Sequence record: MK250019.1
Strand: one strand, 5' to 3'
Length of the DNA: 64,000 nt
Numbering within the stretch: position 1 is the first letter of the stretch; each line of letters starts with the position of its first letter. A model generated the notes under the pieces. That model was given only the letters and a program-made list of their open reading frames with translations, was not told the DNA's origin and ran no database searches. A program made the translations under genes and the position numbers. Below, piece after piece: positions 63,947-64,000 of the stretch.

Positions 63947-64000
63947 ATTATATAATATTGTTTTGATAAAATTATCAAAGTCCAGCAACGTCAACACAGA

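Noticed and set aside
1-64000. Bacterial chromosome origin (because of folD, TBDR, nadR and pnuC)
   Set aside because: TAG recoding, T4-like topoisomerase subunits, dense small hypothetical genes and the absence of housekeeping operons point to a jumbo phage.

Overview
The window is an AT-rich fragment of a Bacteroidota-infecting jumbo phage. The best match is a Lak-like megaphage of Prevotella; this is inferred, not searched. TAG is read as a sense codon (genetic code 15, TAG=Gln). Many fragments in the supplied ORF track are in frame and separated only by TAG, so they merge into long genes such as 29468-32920 (1150 aa) and 53491-57774 (1427 aa). Recognisable genes include a split T4-like type II topoisomerase, FolD, a radical SAM enzyme, a TonB-dependent receptor, NadR and PnuC, LRR-like paralogs, HExxH proteins, zinc-ribbon homing-endonuclease-like genes and a truncated TnpB-like RuvC gene. 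Nine intergenic copies of TGTATCTTTG, a Bacteroidota -7 promoter element, lie upstream of genes in which I found no in-frame TAG; TAG-rich genes lie outside those units. The strongest novelty candidate is a shufflon-like locus at 51077-57774. There a giant nuclease-helicase-m6A-methyltransferase-TRD gene (Type ISP-like domain order) faces promoterless alternative C-terminal specificity cassettes, joined by 95-bp and 19-bp inverted repeats, with a separate small gene supplying the SAM-binding motif. The second candidate is a mostly non-coding 1.6-kb region (40482-42085) with tRNA-like RNAs carrying large anticodon-arm insertions and a ~500-nt structured RNA with an embedded tRNA-like domain. 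The third is a possible complete vitamin B3/NAD import route (TBDR + PnuC + NadR). About 3 kb of N gaps, mostly in 1.7-7.5 kb, limit interpretation there. All family assignments are by motif recognition; no database search was run.
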